A DNA stretch of 64,000 nucleotides from Eledone cirrhosa. Its lineage: Eukaryota. The stretch spans positions 283,092,001 to 283,156,000 of the forward strand of contig OZ024742.1 in assembly GCA_964016885.1 (NCBI GenBank), in the 5' to 3' direction. Of the stretch, positions 30,141-45,549 are shown in pieces. Both the position numbers and the translations under genes were made by a program. Under the pieces are notes generated by a model, which searched no databases, was not told where the DNA came from, and saw nothing but the letters and a program-made list of their open reading frames with translations. Position 1 is the first letter of the stretch. Every line of letters begins with the position of its first letter.

Positions 30141-30551
30141 AGATATGGCCAGTTTAAATGCTAAAGGGTTAAAACTGACTTAACCTATCCCTCTGCAGTT
30201 TTGAACACAGCCAATTTCTTCCAAAGAAAGAGTGATATAGAGGAAGAATTGGCCTCAGTACTAGACTGGTACTTTATTTACTGACCCCAAAAGGATAAAA
30301 GGCAAAGTTGACTTTGGCAGGATTTGAACTCAGAATGCAGATAACCAAAACAAACACCACAAAGCATTTTATCTGATGTTCTACACCTTCACCCCACTAA
30401 CTATAGAACATAGTTTTAAAATTCTTCATTCGTTAGCATCTTATATCTGTCTATAGAGATACAGGAACAAAAGCTGTCTAGGTTTTAGTTTCTCATCCTC
30501 TCCCTCATTCTTCTCTTCCTCCTTATTATCATTATTACTATTATTATTATT

Positions 30552-30583
<32 letters not shown>

Positions 30584-30812
30584 CCAATAATTTTTCTATT
30601 TGTACATCTTCTGTCCATAATTCTTCTACTTCCCCTTGTATCCATAATTCTTCATTTACTTTATGGAACTTTGTGGTAGTGGTAGTAGTGGGTAAGGGGA
30701 GTTGTATTCTATTTTTTTTTCTTCAGATGGAGGAGGGGCAAGAGCAGAAGAAAAAGGAGGCTCTTTTGGTTCTCTCCCCTTTCTCTCCATACATCTAATT
30801 CTTCATCACATA

Positions 30813-30871
<59 letters not shown>

Positions 30872-31125
30872 TATATACATATATACATATACATATATAT
30901 ATATACTCACACACATATATACATATATATATAATTTAATGTATGCATAGATAGATACATATATATAAGATGGAATAAGAAAGGTTTACCATTTTTTATC
31001 GCCCCCTGCCCCTGTCAAACAGCATCCAACACCCCTCACCACATTCATCACCATCATTGTTATAATCATCCGGTTTTTTTCTTTCTCCAACATAACAATA
31101 GGGTGTATTTTTGGTTATTCTCAAT

Positions 31126-31167
<42 letters not shown>

Positions 31168-32252
31168 TATACACACACACATATATATATATATATATAT
31201 CATCATCATCATACGTCCGCTTTTCCCTGCTTGCAAATATATATATACATACACACACACACATATTTGTACATATATATATATATATATGTATGTATCT
31301 ATTTATATGTGTGTTTATATATATATATATAATCCATTACCAAATTATATGAACCGGCCATAAATATATCATCTATATATTCACCATTTCCGGCCTTTTA
31401 TCTTCATTCTTGGAATCTACTCTTAGAAAGAAAGATTTCCTGGATTCCGAGTGATTTCGATTCCTTGAACTTTTGGTAAAAACTAGAAGAGAGGTGGTGG
31501 TGGTGCTGGTGGTGGTGAAGATGATGGTGGTGGTGGTTGTGGTGTTGGTCGTGAAGATGGTAGTGGTGATGGTGGTGAAGATGATGGTGGTGGTGGTGAA
31601 GATGGTAGTGGTGATGGTGGGGAAGATGGTGGTGGTGGTGAAGACAGTGGGGAGGGGTGAAGATGGTGGTGGTGGCAGTGGTAGTGATGAACATGGTAGT
31701 GGTGGTGGTGGTGAAGATGGTAGTGGTGGCAGTGGTGGTGGTGGTGGTGGTGGTGCTAGTGCTAGCACTGTCGATTTGGTTTTGGTTTTTCTATTCGTTT
31801 TATTATTTGTTGCTTTTATTTGTTTTTCATAGTTTCTTTTTATAAATGCACTTCGCTTTTTCTCACTGATGACATATTTTGGGGGCTGGAGTGGGGATGG
31901 GTTTATCACGTGCACACATATACACACACACACACACACACATATATATTATATATATATACATACTTGGGCACACACCTTCATACTTAATTACAGACTT
32001 AGACATATGTAATACGTATACATATTTGAATAACAAATATTCATACAGACTTGCATACATACATACTTATGTACATAAATACACACTTGAAGCAGATCAA
32101 GATTATGACCCTTTGAGGCCCTAAGCACAGAAAATGTTATGGTACCCTCATACACTCTATATGGAAAAACAAATTCTATATACTGTACAAGAGAAACAAG
32201 TAAGTGTCCCCTATTTACTTGAAGCCCCAAAATATGTGCTTATTTTGCTTAA

Positions 32253-32473
32253 CTATTTAGTATTTAAACCAGCCGTATCCTGCTAGAATTCTCTCACCTC
32301 TTTCTGTTCAAACTAGCTGTAACCAGCCTCTCATACTGATGTTAAGGCATTGTTCTCAAAATAAATAATATCAAAATCTCATAGATTTGATATTATGTGA
32401 AATAATTATGTGAGGTAAAGCTTTTACTGTGAAAATATAATAGTAGATGAAGAGTAATGTTAATGCTAAAGGG
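32253..32473. mobile_element. piggyBac-type MITE
   Basis: TTAA-flanked, ends TAATGCTAAAGGG, body matches 12634-12851. Confidence 0.8.
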
Positions 32474-32974
32474 TTAATTGTTAATCTATGGCTGCCTTAG
32501 GCACATACATAGTGATGGTATTTTGGAAAGGCTGTTGAAATAATGGTTGGTATGGTTTTGTGGCTAAGCTGTTCTCTTTGCAACTTTTACATTCAGGTTC
32601 TGTCCTACCACACTGCACCTTCTTCTTCTTGTCAATGAGGTTGGGGTCATCGTAAGCCAGCAATACCAAAGCATCGTCATGTACAGAGCCGAAAACTGCG
32701 CCTTGAACATGGCTATTCCTACCATAGTCACAAGCTCACCAAAGACTTGTGAGTGACATTTGGCAGTCTGAAACTGCATGGAAGCTCATTGGCGGGGACC
32801 TTAGTACCTGTTTTTGGCCGGTAGACTTAATCTATGACTAAGATTAATACTTTTAATATGCAACCACCTGAAACTGCCCCTAGTTCTATAATACAAGACA
32901 GTTTGCTTTAAAGTGTTTATATTTTTTAAATACCATATGTAGGCTATATAAGTGTAGTGTATAGTTTATTAAGA

Positions 32975-33490
32975 TATACTTGTGGAGCGCCAACTCTACT
33001 CCAATACTAGTGAGCAGGGATGTGGTCCAGGGACCAAGAATGCTGGAAGTCTCCTCTGCTTCAGGCTCTACTACAAACTTATCAGAGAGCAGCAAATATT
33101 TAAACAGTTTGCCCTCTTCGGCCTGGCAGGCAGCAGAGTCTGGGCTGGTAACCAAATGTACCAGGTTATCACTAGAGAGGGTGTCACAGTATGTAGCATC
33201 CCAAATGAGGCACCTACCCTCACGGAATGGGATGTATCTCAGTCCAGCTCCTCTGGCTCAAGCTGGGAAGGGATAACCTGCACTGTTCAGGCCATGCTTT
33301 ATGGTCTTGTTGAGAGCATCATGGTGTGGGGTTAGCCAGTACAATATGGCATAAGTGTGTGGAGACCAAAAGTACCCACAATGGTGCCATAACAGCATTT
33401 GTGAGGCTCACAGATAGGGAAAGAATCAGGCACAAGCAGCCACTGTCCAGCTGAGTGCCAGTTGAAAGTGTTTGGCTGTTAATTGTAACA
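32975..33490 (-). pseudogene. Decayed CRE-clade zinc-knuckle plus restriction-like endonuclease region
   Basis: PICEPHKCC...GLH...HDALNKTIK..L.SAGYP..LEP...PFREGRCLIWDATYCDTL...AACQAEEGKLFKY...EP.A.ETS.ILGP...L.SIG, with frameshifts. Confidence 0.8.
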
Positions 33491-33649
33491 GCAGGTCAAG
33501 GAACCAGACAGAGACAACCTGGGAATAGTGGGGTGGATGAAGCAGCTAGTAGTTGGAAGGGTATGGGAATTGCTGTTTTATTCATAAGGTTAACTAGGCT
33601 GAAGCCTAGGAACCTTGCCAGGCAGGGCTAAGGAGCTTAGCAATATATA

Positions 33650-33728
33650 CAGGGTGTCCCAAAAACATGTATACACACTTTTATTAGAATGCTGTTGAAG
33701 TGTGTATACAGTTTTGGGGAACACCATG
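33650..33728. mobile_element. Tc1/mariner-type MITE
   Basis: TA-CAGGGTGTCCCAAAA...TTTTGGGGAACACCATG-TA. Confidence 0.78.
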
Positions 33729-33972
33729 TATATGCTGGAGCACTGTTACCTATGCCCTAGGACTCCAATAGTTAAAGGGACTCAAAATACCTGAAAGCCA
33801 TCTGTTAATACAGCCCAGGATATTGTGGAGGTAGTATTGACAACAATATCACCAATTTGATTGACAGTGCCTACGTTTTATATCTACATTAAAGGTTGGT
33901 TTATAGATAAATCTAATGGAATTTCTTGAAGTTAGTTATTGCTTGGAGAACATAATTGGTATTTTCTTTGTT

Positions 33973-34017
<45 letters not shown>

Positions 34018-34415
34018 GGTGGTGGTGGTGGTGGTGGTAATGTGGTAATCTTTCAGTGCATTTATAGACAAACCATATTTATATATAATTTGTATGTGCG
34101 TGTGTGTATATATATATACACACATATAAATATATATTCATATATATATATAGACCCCACAACTTACTGTGGATTTCTCTGTGTATATATATATATATAT
34201 ATATACACACACATATATATATATGATCACTTATCACTAGTGCTCTATCAATATTTACCTTCAAATCTATCAATATTCATATCTCCTCTGTCTTTCTGTC
34301 TGTATGTCTGTCTGTCTGTTTGTCATCTCCTTGTTATGTTCATTATTTACCCATCTATCTCTGTTTGTGTCTACCTTCGCACTCCCTCCTCCTCATCCGC
34401 TCTTGTTATTTCTCA

Positions 34416-34487
<72 letters not shown>

Positions 34488-34494
34488 ACTCTCT

Positions 34495-34525
<31 letters not shown>

Positions 34526-34625
34526 GCATTTGTCATTACTTGTTAATCTATCACTCATCTTTTATGTTTGTCTGACTGTCTATCATTCTCAGTCATTGCC
34601 TATATATATATCTATATCTATCTAT

Positions 34626-34656
<31 letters not shown>

Positions 34657-34659
34657 ATG

Positions 34660-34738
<79 letters not shown>

Positions 34739-35054
34739 ATAATAATAATACATACACACATATACATACATATACATATATACATACATATATATTTGTC
34801 AATCTATATATTTATCCACTTATTCATTCACCTATCCATCATTGTATGTTAGTATGTATATCGTCTCTCTCTCTCTCACTCTCTCCCTCCCTCTCTCTCT
34901 CACTCTACCCCCTCTCTCTATATATATATATATGCGTGTGTGTGTGTGTGTGTGTGCCAGTGTGGTTAAGTGAAGTTTGCTTCACGTCTGTTTGGTTTCT
35001 GGTTCAGTCCTTCTTTGAAACACCTTAAATAAATCTTATTCAGCACAGCTTCCT

Positions 35055-35132
<78 letters not shown>

Positions 35133-35260
35133 TCTAACCACAAAAACCATGCCAAAATTTGGAAAATATGTGCAAGACATGATTCTCTGATAAATTTAGT
35201 CTCTGTCTGTTACAACACATCCAATCCATGCCAGCATGAAAAATAGATATGATGATGAGG

Positions 35261-35328
<68 letters not shown>

Positions 35329-35334
35329 CATATT

Positions 35335-35396
35335 TATTCTATTATAAATATTTCAAGGGTACAAAAAATTTTGGTACGCTATCATCGGATAAAATA
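35335..35396 (-). ncRNA. Type I hammerhead motif, CCGATGA core variant
   Basis: Minus strand: TATTTTAT-CCGATGA-TAGCGTACCAAAATTTTTTGTACCCTT-GAAA-T-ATTT-A-TA-ATAGAATA; same stem I as 27354; within TA-flanked cassette 35325-35610. Confidence 0.7.
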
Positions 35397-36932
35397 CTAA
35401 ATGTTTTATAAATATTTGACATGACCAAAGATAATATACCTTAATGGTTCAAGTTATCCTTGGAAAGTGATAAATATAGTTTTATAAATATAGTTTCCAT
35501 TTATTTAATATCATTGAATACTTACTCCAGAAATCTGTCGAGTGCTCTGAATCAGTTATAAACATCTATATTTGTTGGATTTCCAACAAATTAAATATCT
35601 CTTCTACATATATATATATATATATATATGAATGTGAACGCATATGGCCTAGTGGTGGGTTCGATTCTTGGACAGTATGTTGTGTTTTTGAGTAAAATAC
35701 TTTATTTTATGTTGCTCCTTCTGCCCGATGTAACCAACAGATAATATCAGCATTGTTTCCTTGGTTTGACTTGATGATTAGCTCTTCCCTTTTTTTATGT
35801 ATCTTCATCATCATCATCACCATTTTATATATATTTTTCATGTTTGAAGGAGTTAGATTGATTTTTAACATTCTGAGACTTAACTGGTCAGATGACTGTC
35901 TCTCATTCATATGTTCCATTCTGGCATGGTTTCTATGGCTGGATGTCCTTCCTAATGTTAACCACTTCATAGTATGTACCATATGTGTTTTATCATGGCA
36001 CTGCCATTACCACCTGATAAAGTAGACTGGGTGCTTTTCATCATGGTACTAGGGCTTGGTGCATTTTATTGTGGCACCACACTACCACTTCTCAAATATA
36101 AGTATATGTATATATGAAGGGCATCCAGCTGTAGAAACCAAGCCAGAATCAGTTCTGTCCAAGCAAGACATGGTCACCTGACCTGGCGTTGCTCACAACA
36201 GGAAAACCCATCTAACCCATGCCAGAGTGGAAAAACGGACATTAAAAGATGATGATGATGATGATATATGTGTGTGTGTATGTATATATATATATATATA
36301 TATATACAGAGAGAGAGAGATTCAGACATACTGTTTCACCTACTTACCCAACGAACCATCAATCCATCACTACCACTGCTACCCCATTTAGCATGTACAT
36401 TTGTATGCAGTCTTTTGATCTTCCCACCCCTCTTCCTTCCTACTTACCTACCCCTCTGTCCATTCTTCCACCCCATCACTCACCTTATACATACATACAT
36501 ATATATATATGATATATATAATATATATATATATATATAATATATATAATATATATATATATGATATATATAATATATATATATAATATATATGATCTAT
36601 ATAATATATATATATATATGATATATATAATATATATATATATATATAATATATATAATATATATATATATGATATATATAATATATATATATAATATAT
36701 ATGATCTATATAATATATATATATATGATATATATAATATATATATATATGATATATATAATATATATATATATATGATATATATAATATATATATATAT
36801 ATGATATATATAATATATATATATATAATATATATGATCTATATAATATATATATATGATATATATATATCTGATATATATAAAATATATATATATATAT
36901 ATATAATATATATGATCTATATAATATATATA

Positions 36933-37022
<90 letters not shown>

Positions 37023-37132
37023 CTGTGTTTAGTACAAAGAAGAAACACTTATCAGTCCCAAATATCTCCTTCTCTATATCATTTGTGACCACATCACTCA
37101 ACAATTTTACTTTTGTCATCACCACCATCATT

Positions 37133-37182
<50 letters not shown>

Positions 37183-38117
37183 GTTCTTCTTCTCCCCCCC
37201 CCCTCCTCCTCGGGGGGGGAATGGAATTTCTTCTCTTCCCTTCTCTCTTTTGACATTATTCCTTCCTCTCTCTCTTTCAATCTTCCAGGATTCTTCAGAA
37301 ACAAACAAAAACAAATCATCATCATTATCATCATCATTAATATCATTATTGTATTGTTGCTATTGTCCTTCTTTTTCATCTTTCTCTTCCTTTTCTTCTT
37401 CTTATTAATCATTATCATTGTCATCATGATTGTTATTGTTGTTGATGATGATGATGATGATGATGATGATGTATGTTACTAACAATGATTTTAATCATTA
37501 TCATATTTGTTACCAAATTCTTTTTTTCTTCTTTCTTTGGCATTCTTGTTGTCATCGCTGTTGTTATCGACACATCAATGCAACCATTATCCTCGTTTTC
37601 ATCTCCTGTCATCATCATCATCGTCGTCATCTTCATCATCATTATCATCATCGTCATGATCATCATCATTATCAGCCTCCTCCTCATTATCATCATCATC
37701 ATCATAATCATCATCATCATCATCATAATCATCATGGCTACAGCCATCAACATCTTCATCACTGCCAACAGCACGATCACACCGCCACACCATCATCACC
37801 GTTACACCATTACCATCTTCACCATCACCATCACCACCATCATCATCATCATCAAACATGCATTGACTGGGAAAGTATGAAGCTATGCAAACTTTGCTAT
37901 ATCTATATATGTATGTATATATGTCTGTGTGTATGTATGTATGTGTGTATGTATGTATGCATGCATGTATGTATGTATGTCTGTGTGTATGTATGTATGT
38001 TTGTGTGTATGTGTGTATGTATGTATGCATGTATGTATGTATGTGTGTGTGTATGTATGTTTGTGTGTATGTGTGTATGTATGTATGCATGTATGTATGT
38101 ATGTGTGTGTGTATGTA

Positions 38118-38154
<37 letters not shown>

Positions 38155-38175
38155 ATGTTTGTGTGTGTATATGTA

Positions 38176-38212
<37 letters not shown>

Positions 38213-38233
38213 ATGTATGTGTGTGTGTATGTA

Positions 38234-38272
<39 letters not shown>

Positions 38273-39053
38273 GTATGTATGTTTGTGTGTGTATATGTAT
38301 GTGTGTGTGTATGTATATATGTATGTATGTATGTGCATATTTGCGTGTGTAAATATATGTGTGTGTGTCTCTATGTATATGGTTGTATGTTTATGTATGC
38401 ATGTGGGCGGGGTGTCAGTGGAAGGGTAGTGGTTGGGAGAGGTTAGCTTTGGTTGAAGGTTGAGAGGAGGAACAGTGGGTGGGTGAGGGCAAGGACTGGC
38501 TGGTGGGGGTTAGTAGGTGACTGGTGGTGGGGAGTAAATATTAGAAAGTCAGCTTAGATAAAACAGTGCTTTTGTCAGAAATTCTGGTATTTGAAGATGC
38601 ATTTCTTGGAGAAAAAAAGACATCACCTCTACAAATGCTACCACAACCACCACCACCACCAATATAACCATCATTGTCATCATCATCATCATTATCACCA
38701 CAATCATCAGCACCACCACCATTACCAATATAATCATCATTGTCATCATCACCATCAATTTCACCTTAAGCATCATCATCCTCATCATCATTACCCTTAT
38801 TTTCATCACTATCATCATCATCATTAACATCATCCCTGTCATCCCAGAACTATCATCATCATAATCACCATCATTCCATCATTGTCATCACAACTATCAT
38901 CATCATGAACGCAGGCATAGCTGAGTGGTTAAGAAGTTTGCTTTGCAATCTTGATGTTCTGGCTTTGCTCCCCGCCATGGTAGATAGAAACTGTCAGGTA
39001 GATTGTACTTGTAATTTAAAGCTCCAATCTTGTAGATTCTACCTGTAATTTAA

Positions 39054-39274
39054 CCCTTTAGCATTTATATTACTCTATTATTGTATGTTTGCGGTAAAGA
39101 CTTTGCCTCACATAATTATCTCACATAATATCAAATCTATGAGATTTTTATGATCTTATTATTTATTTTGAGAACAATACCTTAATGTTGGTATAAGAGG
39201 CTGGTTACAGCCGGTTTGAACAGAAATAGGTGAGAGAATTCTGGCCGGATATGGCCGGTTTAAATACTAATGGG
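39054..39274. mobile_element. piggyBac-type MITE with demonstrable TTAA target duplication
   Basis: Inserted at the TTAA of a tandem unit GTAGATTGTACCTGTAATTTAAAGCTCCAATCTT; neighbouring uninterrupted units have a single TTAA. Confidence 0.85.
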
Positions 39275-39419
39275 TTAAAGCTCCAATCTTGTAGATTGTA
39301 CCTGTAATTTAAAGCTCCAACCTTGTCATATATTGTATAATGTTGATTCTAACTGAAAATCATTTTAAAGGTACATGTGTTTGTGGTATACTCAGCCATT
39401 TTCACTATAATGGTTTATC

Positions 39420-39620
39420 ATTTAGGCACAAGACTAGCAATTTTGGGGAGGGGGAAAGTCGATTAAATTGACCCCAGTGCATTACTGGTGCTTTAGTTTA
39501 TTGTCCTCATAAGGATGAAAGGCAAAGTTAACCTCGATGGAATTTGAACTAGGAACATAAAGGGAGGTAACTATACTGCGAAGCATGGTATCCGATGGTC
39601 TACCGATTCTGCCAATCCAC
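39420..39620 (-). mobile_element. SINE family A
   Basis: Reverse-complement match to 594-800. Confidence 0.85.
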
Positions 39621-39855
39621 TGGTTGCCACTTGCACTATAATACAAGATTGTTCATAAGTGTAATTCAAGCATCCATCCTGGTCACATATCATGTTATGT
39701 TGATTCTGCTTCAGAATTATATTAAGGGTAGATATGTTTGTGGAATATTCAACCGCTTACACTATGATTTAACAAGTAGGACATCCATTCAATCAAATAA
39801 CTGAATGCTTGCCATCAAACCTAACTGATGACCTATCACCACCATCATCGTCGCT

Positions 39856-39890
<35 letters not shown>

Positions 39891-42109
39891 GTGTATCAAT
39901 CCACACCCATGCTAGCATGGAAAATGGACATTAATCGATGATGATGATGAATTTGTTGCTACTTTTCTTGTACATCGCATCAACCTCATCGGGTTTACTC
40001 AGTCTGTTTCCCTCCCCCACCTTCTAACCACCACTGCCACCACCAACACCACCACCACCACCACTGCTACATTACCACTCTCACTACCACACCAGTGACC
40101 ACCACCAACAACACCACCACCACCACCACTTTCACCTCAATTACATCACCACACAACCACCATGTTCACTGTACAACCACCCTCACCAACACCATACCAT
40201 ACCATCACTAACACCACCATACCATGCCACCACTACCCCACCCCCCTCTTATTATGTCAGAAAGGTCTTCAGGAAGAAAGATATTTCCAATTCTACAAAG
40301 AACAAGAAACCATTCCATATTGCAATATAGAAATTGTTTTCTGGGCTAACTCTGTATTTGTCACAGACACACATCTATATAGCTGTTGTTGTTGTTGTTG
40401 TAGTAGCTGTTGTAATGTTGTTGTTGTAGTGGTGGTGGTAACGGCGGTGGTCGTTGCTGTTATAGTTGTTGTTGTACCTTTTATTTTTGCTGTGGTTATG
40501 TTGGTGGTTGTTTTTCTTGTTATAGTTCTAGTTGTAGCTGTTGTTGTGTGAGTGGTGGTGGTGGTGGTGGTGGCAGCAGTGGTGTTGGTGGCAGTGGTGG
40601 TGGTGGTGGTGTTGGTGGCAGTGGTGGTGGTGGTGGTGGTGGTGGTGGTGGTGTTGGTGGCAGTGGTGGTGGTGGTGGTGGCAGTGGTGGTGGTGGTGGT
40701 GTTGGTGGCAATGGTGGTGGTGGTGTTGGTGGCAGTGGTGGTGGTGGTGGTGGTGGTGGTGGTGGCAGCGGTGGTGGTGTGGTGCCAGCAGTGGTGTTGG
40801 TGGCAGCGGTGGTGGTGTTGGTGGCAGTGGTGGTGGTGGTGGTGTTGGTGGCAGCGGTGGTGGTGGTGGTGTTGGTGGCAGCGGTGGTGGTGGTGGTGGT
40901 GGTGGCGGTAGCGGCTGTTTTAGAGGCTGTTATTGTCATTGTTGTGGTGATGATGATGCTGGTTGTTGTAACACTACATACCTTTCTCTCCTCATTATTC
41001 CCAACCATTTGCTGTCATCTCTTTCTCCTCCTTCTTTTCCCCTTCTCATTTCCTCTTCTTCGTTCTATCATCATCATCACCATCATTATCATCATCTTCA
41101 ACATCATTATCATCATCATCATCATCATCCTTCTTCCATCATCATCATCATCATCATCATCCTTCTTCCATCATCATCATCACCATTGTTGTTGTTGTTG
41201 TTGTTGTTGTTGTCAGGTGTATTTATCTCCCACTTTACCTCCCACTTTGTCATCTTATTAGTTCTTCTATCATGTCCCTTCCTTTTCCTCTCATTGTTAT
41301 TGTCCTACCACCACCACCACCACCCTCATACGTCTACACTGGCCACCACCACCACCTCCTCCTCCTCCTCCTTTACATATTGTTATTACCAGCTTCCCAA
41401 TTTCTACCTCCAGCCACCCACCTACCCACTGCTGAGACTGTGCATAGCATCATCGTCATCATCATCATCATCATCATCACCATTGACATTATTGTCATCC
41501 ACATTGTCATTTTCATCATCATCATCATCATCATCACCACCAATGCCATCATCATCATCATCATCATCATCAGCACTATTATCATCATCACCATCCTCTT
41601 CAACATCATCACTATCAACAAAACTATTTTCTCCATAACACCATCATCAACTTTACCACCACCACCACCACCAACACCACCACCATCATCATCACCGTCG
41701 CCTATTGTGAAAACTATGTTGGGAACTATATGTGGACATTTGACCTGCTAAAAATAGCAGCATTAGTAGTTCTCGCTTCATCTCAATCAGAGATAACATT
41801 GTTTTTTTATTAGTGGTTCTATTTCTATTTTTATTTATTGGGTGTGTGTGTGTGGGGGGGGGGGGGGTTATTCTAAGGTCAGACCTATCTGTGATCAACA
41901 TCATTCCAACCATGACCATACAAACTTATTTATCTAAGACTACATTATCTAATGTGTTCCTGAGGTCTTCCTATCTTTAAAACGGTATTGTAGGCTAGAA
42001 AATATATGATTTCAGGCAGTTTGATATCAGGAGAGTTAATGAGAGGCTGTTTGTCTAACCCATGCCAGCATGGAAGAACAGACAGTAAATGATGACAATG
42101 ATGATGATG

Positions 42110-42146
<37 letters not shown>

Positions 42147-42636
42147 TCATCATCATCATTATCTTCGTTTAACGTCCATTTTCCACGCTAGCATGGGTTA
42201 GACTCTATATATATATATATTTGTGTTATGTGTGTGTGATTTGAGAGGAATTCAAACTGCTTACCTATATTTATGTACAATTAAATATATAGGATGTATC
42301 ATTATAGCATGGCATCAGTTTAATTTTATGATGGTGGTCACGATTTGGAATGTTTGTATGTATGTTGATAATATGTCGGGTAAGCTATGCACTATAACAC
42401 CATCATGACGTTAACATAATCTTTTTTTTTTTTTTAATGAAATGAAAAATAAATGAATTTTCTAAAATATTTCCCCATTTTTTTCCCCTATATCACACCA
42501 CATCACCATTAATTATATGGAAAGCAATTTTCTTCGTGTTTCAATTTAAAAGATCCGAGGATAATTATCATCATCATCACCATCTTCATCAGCATCATCA
42601 TCCTCATTGTTAAATGAAATCATCATTATTATTATT

Positions 42637-42680
<44 letters not shown>

Positions 42681-42803
42681 GTTCTTGTTTGTTTTTTGTG
42701 GGCATTTTTTAAAAACCATGTTGTTTGTAATTCTTGTACAAAATTAGGTTTTATATATAACTCCTTTACAAATAAATATACACAGATTGCAAATATCTGT
42801 GTG

Positions 42804-42852
<49 letters not shown>

Positions 42853-43339
42853 CTATGCTAAAATCAGTATAATTAAGGTTAAAGAGAGAGGTTTATTTTA
42901 TTTTTTATTTTGATGCAACAAATCATGTTAATATGTACGCACACACAGACACACACATACACACACAGACACTCACACACATACACACACACATGTTTCA
43001 ATGTAATGAATCCTCCAATTGTTCAACAAACACAGCTACCTACTCATTAAATTAAAGTGTAAAGGGTTGAGTATTCCACTAACACGTGTATCGTTAATGT
43101 AATACCCATCAAAGTCAGGGTGACACAGTGCAAGGCAGGAATGAAATATTTCTACTACAGATACAGTCTGTCTGACCAGTTTCGCTATAGTTTCTATCGG
43201 CTCAATTTTACCCACAAGGCTCATTTCTTGCGTGGTTGAGATTGAATTTTTTGCCTCTAAACCAGCCAAATGGTATTAGCATGGCATTGAGCTTCTGGCA
43301 CAGCTATGGCAACAGACAATAGTATGTGATGGGATACGA

Positions 43340-43620
43340 ATCACTACTTCACTGAGTTGAGAGATCACAGCTCCAGCTCCAGTACTATGGCATGTGATTA
43401 GAATGTCTCAGGAAAGAATCACTGGACAGATTTTACAGGCAAAACGAAACCGGCAGGAGACCCCGAGCAAGATGGTTGGATAATATCCATGAACTTGTCT
43501 GGTTATGCTTGGGGATCCAGCCGAATCAGTTGGAGACGGTTGCTTCTGACAGGACCTGCTGGAAGGAGGGTTTGAGGACTCTGCCCCACGACCCTCTCAG
43601 GAATAAGTGGGCGAAGAAGG
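43340..43620 (+). mobile_element. Decayed RTE-clade LINE 3' end
   Basis: Colinear with 11625-11925. Confidence 0.75.
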
Positions 43621-43856
43621 GATATTTTGATGAATAAACACTTTCCATATGTAATTTATTTGAACTTTTAATTAAAACTTGAAAACCAAAAAGCTTTTGA
43701 CTCAACCTTGTATAGTAATAAACACTTGCTCAGGATGTCACGCAGTGGAATGGAACCCAGGATATTGTGATTGTTAAGTCAACTTCTTAACCTTAACAAT
43801 ACACATATAAACATAAATACACATGCACACACACACACACTCAGAATCACACAAAT

Positions 43857-43906
<50 letters not shown>

Positions 43907-44165
43907 GTACACACATCTTTCTTTAGTTTTGTGGAGCACAAAGCAGCCTCTTTAATAAAATGTACCCAGTACCCTCTGTACAGTGGTGAATGTTAGGAGG
44001 GCATCCTGCTACAGAAAGCATGCTGAAAGTGGAATGTATGAGCACAATGTGGGCCTCCAACCTGCATAGAATGGTTGTCACAGTCTGATCAGTACTTATT
44101 CAAAGGTATGAAACATAAATCTGCTCTATCAGGACTGTCTTTGGATTAAAAAAACAACAACAAAG

Positions 44166-44219
<54 letters not shown>

Positions 44220-44247
44220 TTACTACTACTACTACTACTAATACTAA

Positions 44248-44280
<33 letters not shown>

Positions 44281-45179
44281 AACTACTACCACCACCACCA
44301 CCACTACTACTACCACTACAACAACAACTACTACTACTACTACCACTACTACTGCTACTACAATGATGAATCCTTCAAGCTTCCAAAAATAGCAACCAAA
44401 TCTCCCCTCAAATTAAACCCCCTACCAATCTAAGTTATAGCTTTGATATAACTCATGCCTAAATCTAACCAGCACTGGTTAACCCTTTCAAATAGAAGAG
44501 GCCAGAGACGAAAATCAGTTGTAACATGTTATGGATGTTCTGTCTAATCCTTATAAATATCTAAATTGTATTTGTTCACCTTTCTTTTACCTGTCCTTCA
44601 AAACATTTCGAGGCGGAAGGGGTTTTGTGTGGGTGGTTGTGTGGTGTGTATAAAGGAAGTACATTTTTATGTCAGATTTTCCAAAACTGTCTTAGTTCAC
44701 CTAAGTTCTGTTTCTTTCATTCTTTGCTTGTTTTTCTCTTTCTATCTTTTTGTTTGTTTCATTCTTAAATATAACTTAACCTCTGTTTTTCTATATTGGC
44801 ATGGACACAAGAAAAGGATCATATGTATATTCTTTGATTTTTTAACTGGTTTTAGTCATCAGACTGCTGCCATGCTGGGGCACCACTTTTGTCAATCATA
44901 TCAGCCTCAGTATCACTTTTTCATGCCTGGTACTTATTTTATCAATCTTTTGTTTGGTGCTTTATTTTAAGGATGAAGGGCAAAGTTAACCTCGGCGGGA
45001 TTTGAACTCGGAACGTAAAGGGCCATAACTCCATGGGCAAAGCATGGTGTCTGACGGATACACCTATGCATCAAGTGCTCACGTTGGTGAAACAATAGTA
45101 ACATAAAGTTACAAACCGTATATATATATATATATAGAGAGAGAGATAGATAATAACAGTTTTAAACTAGTAAGACTAT

Positions 45180-45545
45180 TATTCAGCAGAGTACTCAATA
45201 CTGGAGATATTAGAGTGTAAATATAGTTGTGTCAGGGCCTGATGGCTGAGCTTTTGCCATTTCAACAGCAAATTACACATATGGCAAGAGGTCAGCCATT
45301 GGGCCGTGACTCTCTACTATATATATATATATATATATATAGGAAAATGTTTGACCCCGGCGGCAGAGTTCAAGCCATTTCGACGGCTATTTCTGGCTAT
45401 TTCAGTCCAGAAATAGCCGTCGAAACGGCTTGAGCTCTGCCGTCAGGGTCAAACATTTTCCTATGACCCACTCTACTACCCTAAGTATTGAGTACTTTGG
45501 TGCATTATGGTCCATCTGGTTCCTTACCACACCTCCTTCATTATA
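45180..45545. mobile_element. Two adjacent fold-back cassettes carrying hammerhead 3' halves
   Basis: 58-bp IR 45339-45396/45407-45464 with stem II-GAAA-CGGC-TTGAGCTCT-GCCG-TC-AGGGTC; older diverged IR ~45231-45260/45281-45310; both carry the GTATTGAGTAC motif. Confidence 0.72.
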
Positions 45546-45549
45546 TATA

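Noticed and set aside
27995-30142. 715-aa ORF
   Set aside because: Translation of (CT)n and a stop-poor minisatellite; no domain content.
40520-41751. Gly/Pro/His-rich ORFs (also 25269-25862, 31373-31939, 37430-38446)
   Set aside because: Trinucleotide (GGT)/(CAT) tracts with no splice or codon evidence.
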